From contig OZ024743.1 in NCBI GenBank assembly GCA_964016885.1, forward strand, positions 80,910,001-80,974,000: a stretch of 64,000 bases of DNA, given 5' to 3'. This document shows positions 27,483 through 46,309 of this stretch, in pieces. Below the pieces are notes generated by a model. It made no database searches, had not been told where the DNA came from, and saw only the letters and a list, made by a program, of their open reading frames with translations. This DNA comes from Eledone cirrhosa (lineage: Eukaryota). Position 1 is the stretch's first letter. Every line of letters begins with the position of its first letter. The position numbers and the translations under genes are program-made.

Positions 27483-28000
27483 GCATAGAGGAGATCAACC
27501 TCACCAGACCACAGTCATTCTTATTACACAGGGTTACATCTTATATATTTCACATAATTAATTAATTGCTCTAGTGTGCAATTAATTAATTGTGCATTTA
27601 AAATATATGAACACAAATTCACAAACTCTACCAAATGACTGACAATGGTGCATACATTACATAGCACCCCAGATATATAGGAATATAAACAGCTTATGTG
27701 GTATTATATTTAAAACCTCACACAGTATATAATGTGGAACCCGCCTCCATCTCTAGCATACATGCTAGAGGCCTTGCACAAATGGTTCAAATGACAAATG
27801 ACTCAGACGCACACACACACACACACACATATGCAATAGCACACACGTACTTGAAGTAACGGAAGCATACATAGTCACACAATGTCCACGTGAATATACG
27901 CTTTCAGACACGCATGTCTGCGTTTATTTAAGCAATGCAGAAAGTAAGGATGCTTGTAAGTACGCACGGATGCACAAACATCTCTTCATTTACTACCTTT

Positions 28001-28071
<71 letters not shown>

Positions 28072-28164
28072 TCACCGCACACACACATCCACCGCACGCA
28101 CACATCCACCGCACACACACATCTTCACTCTCACGAATACATGGTTGCATACATGCATATATAG

Positions 28165-28238
<74 letters not shown>

Positions 28239-28282
28239 CTGTTTGTCTGGCTGTCTGTGTCCGTGTGTGTATGCATGTATGC

Positions 28283-28336
<54 letters not shown>

Positions 28337-28370
28337 TCATATATATATATGTATTATATATAAATACACA

Positions 28371-28458
<88 letters not shown>

Positions 28459-28783
28459 TATATAGACATAGATTTATGTATATACATACTTACACATACA
28501 CACACATATGTGTGTGTATATGTATGAGCTGATATTTTCGTGAATGGATCTCCATCAGTCCTGACGAGGAGTCTGCTAGTTTTTCGATCAACGAATCAGA
28601 CAGATTGAGAAGGTTTGACGTGCAATTGGCTTTCCATTCGTCAGTCACGTGTATCATTAGTGCAATTCTCATGGATATTCTTCGCGAGATTGTCATATCG
28701 TCACATTGCTGGTCCTTTGAATTTCAGACACAAACACCTTTTAACATCTCAGTGGACCCGCGATGTATGTATGTATGCTTAAA

Positions 28784-28876
<93 letters not shown>

Positions 28877-28909
28877 CACACACACCCCACACACACACAT
28901 GTGTATATA

Positions 28910-28940
<31 letters not shown>

Positions 28941-28949
<9 letters not shown>

Positions 28950-29147
28950 AAAATATCAGATTAAAGTTTAAGCAAAGAATCGCTGCTTTCAGCCTAAAAG
29001 GGATCTTCTGTTAAGGGTGAAAGCAACGATTCTTTGCTTAAACTTTAATCTGATATTTTTATAAATATTTGCTCTACGTTCTATATTTGATATATATTTA
29101 CCCTTATCGAACCCTCTTTGGATCTTAGTCTTCACATCTATTATTAT

Positions 29148-29150
<3 letters not shown>
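28941..29150 (+). mobile_element. Fold-back element family B
   Basis: Hairpin 28941-29068 centred on gggatcttctgtt. The right arm has gttaagggtGAAAgc. A tail of about 80 nt follows. (TA)n on both sides. Confidence 0.85.
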
Positions 29151-29204
<54 letters not shown>

Positions 29205-29244
29205 ATTGTACTGCCTCTCTGTTCTGTCCCTGTTCAAATTTTTC

Positions 29245-29297
<53 letters not shown>

Positions 29298-29300
29298 TGT

Positions 29301-29450
29301 ATTATAAAAAGTCGGGACCCGACGGTTGAGCTCTTTCCGTTTGAACAGCTAATTCCCGACTCTTTATAATATATCCATACTTTATTAGCCCAAGTATCAA
29401 GTACTCTGGTGAGTAATGGTCTAACTGGATTTTACTGCATCCATTCTGAT
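29301..29450 (+). mobile_element. Family A-related element with a collapsed hairpin
   Basis: Outer arms attataaaaagtcggga / tcccgactctttataat are retained and the inner right arm is missing. Tail cccaagtatcaagtactctggtgagtaatggtc. Confidence 0.7.
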
Positions 29451-29451
29451 T

Positions 29452-30292
<841 letters not shown>

Positions 30293-30300
30293 ATATATAT

Positions 30301-30356
<56 letters not shown>

Positions 30357-30867
30357 TTGGCTCCGTCCGTGTCTAACTTAATAGCACACCATTTTATGTA
30401 AGAATATTTAAGATACGATTTAAACATCAAATAACTAATAAGAATGTTAATTGTATTATTTGGTGAAATAATAACAAATATTCTTACATGAAATAATGAT
30501 GGAAGGTTTTTAGATAAATGATTTATTTGAAAGTTATATAAGCTAACATTTTGTAAATTATAAAGCAACCTAAGAACTACGAACAACTGTAAACAGATAT
30601 ATAGTAGTTTCTCTCGCTAAAGACATTCAGGAATTGTTTCCACTAGTTTCTGTTATATCAGTAAACTCATCACAGAGTAATTACTTCCAGTTTCCAGCCA
30701 GAGAAAGATTGAAATCATAAAACTATTTATATCGAACACAAACCATAAGTCAGCTGAAAGGTGTATTCATTAGCAATGTGAAGATTATCCTATATATATC
30801 GTGACATGTGTAAATTGATAAACTAATGAATATATTAATGACACAACAGAAATATGTGGGCGAAGAT

Positions 30868-30868
<1 letters not shown>

Positions 30869-30910
<42 letters not shown>

Positions 30911-30973
30911 CAGTAGTAGTAGTAGTAGTAGTAGTTGTAGTAATTGTAGTAGTAGTAGTAGCAGTAGTAGCAT

Positions 30974-31026
<53 letters not shown>

Positions 31027-31029
31027 TTT

Positions 31030-31068
<39 letters not shown>
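30869..31068. repeat. (GTA)n microsatellite
   Basis: Direct inspection. Confidence 0.95.
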
Positions 31069-31243
31069 AATAATTAGACATGTTGTCAACAGGGTTAATT
31101 GAAATATTACTAGTATAATTAATCCGAATATTTTTCTACACAGAGAAATATGTTTACATTTGTTAACAGTTTGAAGGGAGATTAATCCCCCCCTCTCCCT
31201 CTCTCTCTCTCTCTCTCTCTCACTCTCTCTCTCTCTCTTTATT

Positions 31244-31283
<40 letters not shown>

Positions 31284-32327
31284 GTATGTGTGTGTGTATT
31301 TGTTATAAATAGTGTATATATAAGAATCTGCGATCATCAATAAAGGAATATCTGTTTATACCTGTTCCGCAGGTAAACGGTAGCTAAGTGCACTTACGAC
31401 ATGTAACTTGTATATGTATTTTAAAACTTTTGGTGCACATTCCCGGTCCCAGAAACCTATGAAAGAATTTATCGATTTTTATTGATTCTTATCTATTTGA
31501 AATGGTCGAGGATAGTTTGTATTTATCGTTGTTGTGGTTACAAACTATGACCACCTAAACTTTGTGCTTTTGTTCACGGTGTCATAGTTTCTTAACTTTT
31601 TGTTCTGTGTGTACAAAAATGAATTAACTTTTTCTATCGTTGATTGTTTTGTGACCGACTTAAATAATTCGATCTCTATCTACTCTACAGCTGCAACAAT
31701 TTCAATTTATACCGGGACTTTGAACGAAAAAACCTTTAACAAATGTTTTCATAATCCAAAACAGAGAAAGCAAACTTGCAAACATCCATTTTTTTTAACG
31801 GAGTTAATTACTATTGAGTAAAATGACAGGAGGCCAGACAGATTAAATTCTCTCAATTTATTTTATTTCTGTAAATACTATGGCCAGGTTACGTATGAAC
31901 CTGGTTACATCATCAGGTGTATATTCCATAATAGTTATATAATAAAGGAATAATGGTAAAGACATTCCAAGAGACTATAAAGAGAAAAAGCAGAGATAGA
32001 TATAAGGAGACATTCGGATATACGTTTGGTAATAAAAAACTATATTTCTGTATTATTTAACGATTCTGAAGATTTCAATACATAGGAATAAAATGCAACT
32101 TCTGTCTGTATTTGAAAGAAACGCATGTAAATCAATTAAATAATATATTAAACAATGGTTCTTTTTATACATCATTTCTGAAACTCTACAATGACCAGAA
32201 ATTTAGAAATTGGATTAAACTCTGAACTGTCTTTTACCAATCTTTCTGTGGATAATAAAATCACTTCCGTGGTTTGAATATCTCTCTACCTTAAATAGTT
32301 GCATGTTCAACTCATCTGTTCTAACTT

Positions 32328-33165
32328 ATATATACATGTATGCATATATTTATCAAAACCAGTAGATATATATGTGTGTGGATATATAATTTATACTCAC
32401 ATATATATACATGTATGCATATATTTATCAAAACCAGTAGATATATATGTGTGTGGATATATAATTTATACTCACATATATATACATGTATGCATATATT
32501 TATCAAAACCAGTAGATATATATGTGTGTGGATATATAATTTATACTCACATATATATACATGTATGCATATATTTATCAAAACCAGTAGATATATATGT
32601 GTGTGGATATATAATTTATACTCACATATATATACATGTATGCATATATTTATCAAAACCAGTAGATATATATGTGTGTGGATATATAATTTATACTCAC
32701 ATATATATACATGTATGCATATATTTATCAAAACCAGTAGATATATATGTGTGTGGATATATAATTTATACTCACATATATATACATGTATGCATATATT
32801 TATCAAAACCAGTAGATATATATGTGTGTGGATATATAATTTATACTCACATATATATACATGTATGCATATATTTATCAAAACCAGTAGATATATATGT
32901 GTGTGGATATATAATTTATACTCACATATATATACATGTATGCATATATTTATCAAAACCAGTAGATATATATGTGTGTGGATATATAATTTATACTCAC
33001 ATATATATACATGTATGCATATATTTATCAAAACCAGTAGATATATATATGTGTGTGGATATATAATTTATACTCACATATATATACATGTATGCATATA
33101 TTTATCAAAACCAGTAGATATATATGTGTGTGGATATATAATTTATACTCACATATATATACATA
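32328..33165. repeat. 75-bp near-perfect tandem repeat, about 11 copies
   Basis: catgtatgcatatatttatcaaaaccagtag... recurs every 75 nt (32335, 32410 and onward). Confidence 0.97.
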
Positions 33166-33886
33166 CATTATTAACGCAGATTCCCATACATAAACAGACG
33201 CGTATATACACACATATAGATACACCAATACATGTCCATTAATATACATAAACGTTTCTTGATAAAAAAAAAGAAAACGATAAAAGTCCATTTATTCTTT
33301 CACTCCTGCATATATACACATATATACATATATACACATATATACACATATACTCATATTTACACATAGACTCATATATTCACATATACCCATATATACA
33401 CATATACCCATATATACACATATACTCATATATACACATAGACGCATCTATACACATAGACGCATCTATACACATAGACGCATCTATACGCATACACTTA
33501 TACACACACTACCAAATGCACACAGACAGACACACTCACCCACGCATATATACACACTGTTAAATACACACTGTTAAATACACACAAGCATACACTCCCA
33601 AATAGACACACTCATACACAAAAGCACGTCCGACTCACCGTCTTGGGTCCTATTCCTCTCTTGGACTCAACTCACCTCCCCAATTTCCCTAATACCCCGT
33701 CCATTATCACACCCCTAGATTCCCATCGCTTTCTCTTGATCATTAGCAGCTTCTCTTACAACTAATACATGCCGATACACACCCTTATATTAACATACTT
33801 TTGCTCATAGCTTCCTACTTACATGCATACACACTCTTTTACTCACATATACACACACATTTCTTCTTAGCTTCGTACGGACCTAT

Positions 33887-33992
<106 letters not shown>

Positions 33993-34231
33993 ACACACAA
34001 ACTCATGCTTACGCACATGCTCAAGTATAGCTCTTTTTACAAAACGTTATTTGTTCCATTTCAGGTAGACGCGTTCCATCATCCACTTTTCTAAAAAACA
34101 AATCCTACACAAAACGCCAGCACCAACAGTTATGCAAGAGATGTCAACATGAATGGGCCTGTTATTTTTATCTAAAGACATTTTTTTCCAATTAATTCCC
34201 ACCCGTCCCCTTAATATATTTAATTTCTCAT

Positions 34232-34275
34232 TATTTCTTCTGATGAAGGACTAGCGTCCGAAACGTTAATACACT
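34232..34275 (+). ncRNA. Hammerhead-like motif of a Penelope-type 3' end
   Basis: CTGATGA-a-GGAC-tagc-GTCC-GAAA-CGTT. Related copies lie at 55431 and 56162. Confidence 0.55.
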
Positions 34276-34384
34276 CTTCCTGCTATATCAAGCGTTAATC
34301 TAATATATCCCTTCCATATACTGTACCGATTGTGTTGTTATTTCTGTTTACCTTTTACACAAACACACACGCGCACACATTCAA

Positions 34385-34453
<69 letters not shown>

Positions 34454-34704
34454 AGAGAGACAGACAGAGAGAGAGTAATGTGTATCGCAGGTTCAATCGG
34501 GCGTAACTAGGGATGCAGGGATGCAGGCAAAACACCTAGATGTGACAACAAGTGCAGGCTCTGTAGAATTAACATCTAAGATGTCCTCCATAACATAAAC
34601 AATTCTCGAAAGATGTCATCACGGTACTATCTAACAATCAGGCATGATGTAGTGCCCAAATTTTAATCTGTACCGTGCAATGCGTAGAAAAGATTAAAGA
34701 TGAT

Positions 34705-34783
34705 TGTCAGATGATTGAACGTTTGAAAGTATATACTTTCCTTATGCATAAGTATATACTTTCAAACGTTCAATCATCTGACA
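34705..34783. repeat. 34-bp perfect inverted repeat with an 11-nt loop and a degenerate hammerhead core
   Basis: tgtcAGATGAttgaacgtttGAAAgtatatactt followed by its exact reverse complement. Confidence 0.75.
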
Positions 34784-34911
34784 GAAAGGTATACGATGCT
34801 GACAATAGCTAATAAGCTTGAAACTAGTACATCGTTCCTGTGTCAGTGTTGAAGAAAGGGGCGACAATGGTTGCCGAGCACTGTACGGCGTAATTCGGGC
34901 TGTTTGTTTAC

Positions 34912-35032
34912 AAACAAACCGAACATTATAATAAATGTTCGGTAAACCCATACGTACAAATATATATATGTGTGCATGTATGTATATATATACATACCAC
35001 TGTACGTCTGTACACATATATGAATCTAAATA

Positions 35033-35038
<6 letters not shown>
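34912..35038 (+). repeat. Dispersed repeat shared with positions 1-135
   Basis: accgaacattataataaatgttcggt (a hairpin) followed by ..ccatacgtaca..tgtgtgcatgtatg..ctgtacgtctgta occurs at both sites. Confidence 0.75.
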
Positions 35039-35105
<67 letters not shown>

Positions 35106-35169
35106 ATATATGTATAAGTACATATATATACATATATAAATATGTATATATATATGTACATATATTTGT

Positions 35170-35244
<75 letters not shown>

Positions 35245-35573
35245 TACATACATATATATACATATCTATAATGTCCATAGACCATTCACACATCTCTGCA
35301 ACCGTCATCAAAGCCAATAGCCTCCGTCATTGAAAAACATGCAAAGAAGGAAATGAGACAAGATGGCCGCTCTCTTATTGCAGTCTCTTCTTTTTTTATC
35401 TTTTATATATTTTTGTGTTTTTGTTTCTTTCTTTCTTATTTTCTATCTTATATGTTTTCACTTTTCTTGTTTCCTTTTTTTCTTGTTGTTGTTCTATTTG
35501 TTCCTCTTTTCGGTTCATTTAAGGTTTATTTTTGTCACTCTCTCGATAGATATCTGTGTATATATCCCACCCC

Positions 35574-35640
<67 letters not shown>

Positions 35641-35654
35641 TCTCTCTCTCTCTC

Positions 35655-35705
<51 letters not shown>

Positions 35706-36059
35706 ATATATATATACTTATATATGTCTGTGCGTATGTATATATGTATATGTATATATGTATATATATATATGTATATGTGTATGTGTATATATATATA
35801 TATGTATAAATATATATATATATGTTTATATATATACACACAAACGCATATATATGTTTATATATATTATATATATATATATATATATACATACACACAC
35901 ATATATATATATGTCATATATATATATATACACACACGCTGCCCTCATTGCTATTTACTTCTGTCTTCCTTCTTTCGATATTTATTTATTTATTATCTCT
36001 ATTTCCTGGCTTTGATATGTCAATCAAGTAAAAAGTCTTTTAATTGTGTTAACGTCAGA

Positions 36060-37010
36060 CACAACAACAACAACAACAACACCACCACTACCTACCACCA
36101 CTACCACCACCACCACCACTAACACTAACACCCTAACACAACCACTACCAACAACTACAACAACAATACCACCACCACCACCACCTTCACCAACCCCCAC
36201 TACTACCACCACCACCACCACCACAACCACCACCACAACCACCACCATCAGCAACCCCCACTACTACCACTACCACCACCACCATCAGCAACCCCACTAC
36301 CATCACCACCACCACCACCACCACCATCAGCAACCCCCACTACTACCACTACCACCACCACTATTACCACCACCACCACCACCATCATCAGCAACCCCCA
36401 CTGCCATCACCACCACCACCATCAGCAACCCCCCACTACTACCACTACCACCACCACCACCACCACCACAACCACAACCACCACCACCAGCACCACCACC
36501 CCACTACCATCACCACCACCACCACCATCAGCAACCCCCGCTACTACCACTACCACCACCACCACCATCGGCAACGCCCACTACCATCACCATCACCACT
36601 ATCAGCAACCCCCACTACTACCACTACCACCACCACCACCACCACCACCCCCACTACTACCACTACCACTACCACCACAACCACCATCACCACCACCACC
36701 ATCAGCAACCCCCACTACTACCACTACCACCACCACCACCACCACCACCACCACCACCACCACCACCACCACCACCACCACCCCACTACCATCACCACCA
36801 CCACCACCATCAGCAACCCCCACTACTACCACTACCACCACCACCACCATCGGCAACGCCCACTACCATCACCATCACCACTATCAGCAACCCCCACTAC
36901 TACCACTACCCCCCACCCCCCACCCCCACCACCACCACCCCCACTACTACCACTACCACTACCACCACAACCACCATTACCACCACCACCACAACCACTA
37001 CCACACCACC
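36060..37010. repeat. (CCA)n-derived degenerate repeat with a recurring CATCAGCAACCCCCACTAC motif
   Basis: Direct inspection. Confidence 0.9.
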
Positions 37011-37654
37011 AGTAATAATCGCAGCCACAGCAACATCTGCACCAACATCAGCAACAATGACATTGGCACTGAAATATGGATGTGACATATGTGTCTGTAT
37101 GTGTGTGTGTGTCTGTGTGTGCGTGTGTATGTGTGTTTGTTTGTGTCTGTGAATATGAATGTTTATACATGTGTATATATGTGTGTATGTGTATGTATAT
37201 GTTTATATCTCTATATATACACACACATAATTTGTTCAACTCCTCGTAAAACTATTGTTTCTTCTTCGTTTACATTTCCTGATATATAGGGTTTTTAAAA
37301 CGACGGAGTGATGGACAGTCTCCCTTCGGTGTGACGGCAGCTGTCTGGCTTCCGTTCTGAGGGATCCGGGGATCTTAGATTTGCTACCGGGCTTTTTCAC
37401 AACTTCATTTTTTCGTTATCTCTTCAATAATCGATCCCACTATCTCTTCTCTCTCACTACACCCCACTGCTACTCAAACCATTGTCCCACAACACTTTCA
37501 CAATGTTCCCATCATATTTCCACTATTTTACCCTCACACCCTCACTTCCGTTCACACTACAACCACGATTCCACCATATACTCCCACCATGTACTTACTA
37601 ACATCTACCAAACACGCTTGTACAGGCACCTATTCCGCCACCATTATTTTCACT

Positions 37655-37836
37655 TTGGCAGCATCGATAAGGGTCGGACGCCTTGCTTTGACGCATAGAG
37701 TTACGGCCCTTGCCATTCTGAGTTCAAATCCCGCCAAGGTTAACTTTGCCTTTCATCCTTACGGGGTCGATAAAATAAAGTACCAGTAATTCAGTGGTTT
37801 TTGCTGGCCTTGTGCCAAAAGTAGGAACAATTATCT
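37655..37836 (+). mobile_element. SINE followed by a (TAC)n/(CCA)n tract extending to about 38430
   Basis: tggcagcatcgataag...gagttcaaatcccgccaaggttaactttgcc...gctggccttgtgccaaaagtag. Confidence 0.85.
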
Positions 37837-37951
37837 CCACTACTACTGCTACTACTACTACTACTACAACTACTACTACTACTACTACTACTACTGCTAC
37901 TACTACTACTACTACTACTACTGCTACTACTACCACTACCACCACCACCCC

Positions 37952-38022
<71 letters not shown>

Positions 38023-38125
38023 GCTACTACTACTACCACCACCACCACTACTACTACTGCTACTACTACTACTACCACCACCACCAGCCCCTACTACTAC
38101 CTCCACCACCACCACCACCACCACC

Positions 38126-38178
<53 letters not shown>

Positions 38179-38245
38179 CACCACCACCACCACCACCACC
38201 ACCACCACCACCACCACCACCACCACCACCACCACCACCACCACC

Positions 38246-38289
<44 letters not shown>

Positions 38290-38303
38290 TACCACGACCA
38301 CCC

Positions 38304-38368
<65 letters not shown>

Positions 38369-38390
38369 GCTGCTGCTACTGCTGCTGCTG

Positions 38391-38432
<42 letters not shown>

Positions 38433-38754
38433 ACCCCACAGTCCACACTACCAGCAGAACAACAAAGAAACCAACAAGAGCAATAACAACGACAGCGCTA
38501 ACACCAACACTATCACCATAACAATCACCTCCACCACCTCTTTATGATATGAACATTATATATCAAAGAACATGTATGGAACTGGTGACGAAATTGATCA
38601 ACATGGAGAAAACCTGGAGCGATATAGCCGTCCTGCCAGATGTGTTGGCAACAATCTTAACTATAATAAAAGGAGGAGTGCGGGACTGCGTCCAGAATAT
38701 ATATTTGTTATCCCGTTTATAAAATAAGTTGGATTACTTTGAATAAATAATTGT

Positions 38755-38822
38755 ATTACTGGTACTTTATTTTATCGACCCCGTAAGGATGAAAGGCAAA
38801 GTTAACCTCGGCGGGATTTGAA
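38755..38822 (-). mobile_element. SINE core fragment
   Basis: ctggtactttattttatcgaccccgtaaggatgaaaggcaaagttaacctcggcgggatttgaa. Confidence 0.85.
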
Positions 38823-39269
38823 TAAATAATGAATGAATATTACATAATTTATCTACTAAATTTCGTAATTATTGATTAAATATAAATAATTTTGTTGCTT
38901 ATTTTAAGATTCACTTCTTTAAAATGTTCAAATGTCAACACTTCCGGTTAGTGATCGCTTAAATAAACATTCATATATTTCCGTCACTAATTTTCTCCTA
39001 ATGCAGTTTATATATAATATCGTCTTTTTTTAAAAATGTATCATAGATTACGTTACTGATTACATAAGACAGTGTAACATAGACTTCGTTCAATTTCTGT
39101 GCACGTTGTCAATTACGAGTTCATTTAATGTATCATATCTACATGTATATATACTTGGTATAATATCAATATACACACTACACATGCTAGCAGAAAACCA
39201 TCAGAAGGGTGGTTTTTCTGCTAGTTGCCATAAAGACTCTAATTTATCTGTGATTCTCAACAAAGACGA

Positions 39270-40390
39270 ACCGGTTGGCAGCCGCATCACATAAGTAGAA
39301 CAAGTCCTGGAGAACACAATGCCTGATATTCAACATGTAACAAGAGCAAGTAAGTTTGGTGTATTCCAGTGTTTTTTTTAAAGAAAGTTTCTGTGATCTG
39401 CTGTCGAACCGACTAACACGTTTTTTTCCAATTGTATTTGAGAGAAGCCCAGTACAATTCAGGATCATTAGATTACCCTCAGAGTTGTATAACGGGTGGA
39501 TTCTGGTCTGTATCCTCTTTAAGGGAAGCGACGATCTCCTAGAAGGAAAGAGGATACGGCGGGAAAATTAGTCTAGCATCAGTGTGGAGGGGATTCCTTA
39601 CATTAAACCAGAAAAGCTAAATAATATCCCAGACCCCATTCACCTACTAGGTGATGGTCGAGCTACAATTCGGAGTTTGTAATATCTGTCCTCAAGAGAA
39701 TTCAGAGAAATGCAGGGCACACTTGCTGCTAACACCAGCGCCCGAACAAAAACAATAACATCAACGAGTCATTACTGCGAAAGCTGGAGCTGTTGAAGTG
39801 CATCTCACTTGAATCGAGACATAGAAGGATTGAATCGCATATGTGGACGACGTTAGCCTGAGGGTACCAACAGCACGGAAATAGAGGTGGCTGGTAACGT
39901 TTTAGAGGAGTACAAAACTTTCAAGGGCAAAAATTAATCCAGACAAATCAGAGGGTTCGCAGCTTAGGACATGGAATGGCTTGTCCATGCCGTTCAAGAG
40001 CGTCATGGGATGTTAGATGTACAGTCTAGTTCAGTCGCTGTTGGTCTTACGGTCCGGACATCTATGTGTATATGAACTGGGACGATTTAATGAGAATGAT
40101 GGTCACTCGCACACAGAAATGTGCCGAGATGAAGGTATTTCTGAAAGGTCGGGCAGAGGTGGTGAACAAGGACACCCTCTTCTTCGCATATTACCACAAA
40201 ACCATCAGGCCCTGCCCTAGGCTGTAACGTCTGCTCTTTCACTTCTTTTATGTGGCGCATCTTCCCACAGCTCGTCTCTTTGACTCAACTACAACATTAG
40301 GTGAAGTGAAGACTGAGATTGGGCGCCATCTGGAATGTTTTCAGAGCATCACAACCGTCTGTTGAGCAGGAACCTGCGTTCTATAGAGGA
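39270..40390 (-). mobile_element. Highly decayed LINE fragment, possibly RTE-like
   Basis: Minus strand reads RIHPLYNSEGNLMILNCTGLLSNTIGK, loosely resembling the I.PIYK.KGD....NYRGISLLS..GK motif. Island of raised GC. Confidence 0.4.
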
Positions 40391-40394
40391 ATGG

Positions 40395-40600
40395 AAGTTG
40401 GCAAGATGATGTAGAGACAACATTCCTGCGGCATATCCTGACTTCTCGTTACGTTGAAATCTCGCCGAGATTAGCTTTACCTGTCATCCTTGCGCGGTCG
40501 ATAAACTACAGTACCAGTAACTCACTAGATCGATATAATCGACATTTCCCTTCCTTTTACATTGCTGGCCGTGTACCAAAATTAGAAACAATTATTATTG
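40395..40600 (+). mobile_element. Diverged SINE followed by (TAC)n to about 41305
   Basis: ttgaaatctcgccgagattagctttacctgtcatcc..gtcgataaa..gtaccag..gctggccgtgtaccaaaattagaaac. Confidence 0.75.
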
Positions 40601-40732
40601 TTGTTGTTATCCTCATCACTACTGCTACTACTGCTACTGCTACTACTACTACTGTTACTACTACTGTTACTACTACTACTACAACAACAACTACTACTAC
40701 TACTACTGCTGCTGCTGCTACTACTACAACAA

Positions 40733-40764
<32 letters not shown>

Positions 40765-40843
40765 ACTACTACTACTACTACTACTACTGCTGCTACTACT
40801 ACTACTACTACTACTATTACTACTACTACCACTGCTGCTGCTG

Positions 40844-40878
<35 letters not shown>

Positions 40879-40900
40879 GGTGCTGCTGCTGCTGCTGCTG

Positions 40901-40967
<67 letters not shown>

Positions 40968-40972
40968 ATCTG

Positions 40973-41056
<84 letters not shown>

Positions 41057-41097
41057 TACTACTACTGCTACTACTACTATTACTACTAATACTGCTG

Positions 41098-41151
<54 letters not shown>

Positions 41152-41192
41152 TACTACTACTGCTACTACTACTATTACTACTAATACTGCTG

Positions 41193-41284
<92 letters not shown>

Positions 41285-41766
41285 GCCGCTGCTACTACTA
41301 CTACTGAAACAACGACGAGGATGATGCGAACAAGGTTGGTGTTGAGGGTGGAGGTGTCGGGCAGTTGGTGACGTATCCGACCGTCTTTTTTCTTTCAGTA
41401 ATTGTGAGAACGATCAGTTTTGCTCGAAATATGGTGTAACAAAATTATGTTCATAATTTAGACGTCTTGACGAACTGAAAAGAATTAGTTTGGAGATTAG
41501 CATTGCACGGTTTCTTTTTCTCCCTTTTCCGTTCCCTTTCTCTCCATTTCCTCCCTTATTCTCCCCCCTTTCTACCCCTTTCTCTCCCCCTCTCCCCCTT
41601 TTCTCCCTTACTCTCCCTTTCTCCCCTACACCCATCTTTCTCTCCTATTCTTTCCCTATTCCTCTCTTTTCTCTTACATTCTTTGTGTTTCTTTTCTATT
41701 TCTTTTCGTTTTTATCTCTCTTTTTTCTCATTCCCCTTTCACTCTCACACACTCTTCCTCTCTATC

Positions 41767-41966
41767 NNNNNNNNNNNNNNNNNNNNNNNNNNNNNNNNNN
41801 NNNNNNNNNNNNNNNNNNNNNNNNNNNNNNNNNNNNNNNNNNNNNNNNNNNNNNNNNNNNNNNNNNNNNNNNNNNNNNNNNNNNNNNNNNNNNNNNNNNN
41901 NNNNNNNNNNNNNNNNNNNNNNNNNNNNNNNNNNNNNNNNNNNNNNNNNNNNNNNNNNNNNNNNNN
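41767..41966. other. Assembly gap, 200 N
   Basis: Run of N within CT-rich sequence. Confidence 1.
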
Positions 41967-42513
41967 CTCACTCTCTCTCTATACGTCTCTCTTTCTCTCT
42001 CTTTATACCTTTCACTCTCACACACTCTCTCTCTCTCTGTTTATACCTCCCTCTCATTCTCTCTTCATTCTTATCACTCTATCACTTTCTCTTTCCTTCT
42101 TTCATGTTTTATTTAATCTCTATATTTTCTTCTTTTCTCTCTCCGTAATTCCGCCATTTCCTCAAAATACTATTTAGTCTCAACATCTTCTACAACTCCT
42201 TACAAATGGCGTTATTAGCTAAAACTATAATATCATTTTCTGTCATTCCATCTTATATTTATTTAGATGAGATCGAATCAGGTTTGTCATTCTCTTTCTT
42301 CGTTCTTTTCTTTATTGTTCGTCCTTTTTCCTTCTCTGTTTTTCTTTCTTTTTTTTTACCTTTTCCCATATTTTTTCTATCTCTTTCATTGTTATGTTGC
42401 TGTTGTTGTTGTTGCTGTTGCTGTTGCTGTTGTTGTTGTTGTTGTTGTTTTTAGGTGGATTTTTTTCTTAACGACAAATTCGTCAAATTAGTATATTGTT
42501 TGCATATTAGCTT

Positions 42514-44982
<2,469 letters not shown>

Positions 44983-45021
44983 TAAAATATGAGAATGAGA
45001 GAGGAAAGAAGTGTAATGAGT

Positions 45022-45670
45022 CACACACACACATACACACACAGGATCTCAAACATTCTAACACTCACATACACACACACATACACACACACATGATCTC
45101 AAACATTCTCACACTCACATACACACACACACACACACATACACATACAGGATCTCAAACATTCTCACACTCACATACACACACACACACATACACACAC
45201 AGGATCTCAAACATTCTCACACTCACATACACACACACACACATATACACACACAGGATCTCAAACATTCTCACACTCACATACACACACACACACACAC
45301 ACACACATACACACACAGGATCTCAAACATTCTCACACTCACACTCACATACACACACAGGATCTCAAACATTCTCACACTCACACTCACATACACACAC
45401 AGGATCTCAAACATTCTCACACTCACACTCACATACATACACAGGATCTCAAACATTCTCACACTCACATACACACACACACACACACACAGGATCTCAA
45501 ACATTCTCACACTCACATACACACACACACACACACCTACACACACAGGATCTCAAACATTCGCACACTCACATACACACACAGGATCTCAAACATTCTC
45601 ACACTCACATACACACACACACACAGGATCTCAAACATTCTCACACTCACACTCACATACACACACACAC
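45022..45670. repeat. Compound repeat [CAGGATCTCAAACATTCTCACACTCACAT(AC)n], about 13 copies
   Basis: A constant core with variable (AC)n spacers. Confidence 0.93.
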
Positions 45671-45785
45671 GCAATTTTATTACAAATCTCATAATTGTAT
45701 TGAGTTATTAAGGCAATGACACGAATAAGGTTGGGCTTCCCTCTACATTACCAACTGTCTCTCTCTCTCCCTCTCTCTCTCTATC

Positions 45786-45839
<54 letters not shown>

Positions 45840-45913
45840 TTCTCTAGACACACTGACACAAACACAGTCACTCACACACACACACACATATATATATATA
45901 TTCAATATATAAA

Positions 45914-46309
45914 GAAACAAAGGATCAGTGTCACATCATATTCATATTTAATTACATATTACATATGTTTCACTGTCGATCAGCTCGAGGATCGATCTAT
46001 TAATGATCGAACCTCACCCTGGAATTGGAAGCTCCTTAAATATGTTTTAACTGTCAGACGCGAGTCTACATGTTAAAACATGTCTGAAGAGCTTCCGATT
46101 CCAGAATCTGGTTCGATTATTAATAGATCATTCCTCGAGCTGATCGACAGTGAAACATATGTAATATGTAATTACAATATGTATATGATGCAACACTGAT
46201 TCTTTGTTCCCTAATTTATTAATACTATTGATAATCTGCTCCCCAAGATCATTGAGTGCTCATCCGGCATACCATCTATGGACGCAATTAACTTGCTCCT
46301 TAACACCTA

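Noticed and set aside
32299-33242. 25-aa repeat proteins in several frames
   Set aside because: Produced by a 75-bp AT-rich tandem repeat that is open on both strands, with no coding signal.
36046-37152. 368 aa Pro/His/Thr-rich ORF (similar at 25256-26160 and 37794-38486)
   Set aside because: Trinucleotide-repeat artefacts that are open in several frames and run into dinucleotide repeats.
45022-45670. Repeat-spacer appearance (also at 17375 and 59525)
   Set aside because: The spacers are only (AC)n or (TA)n.
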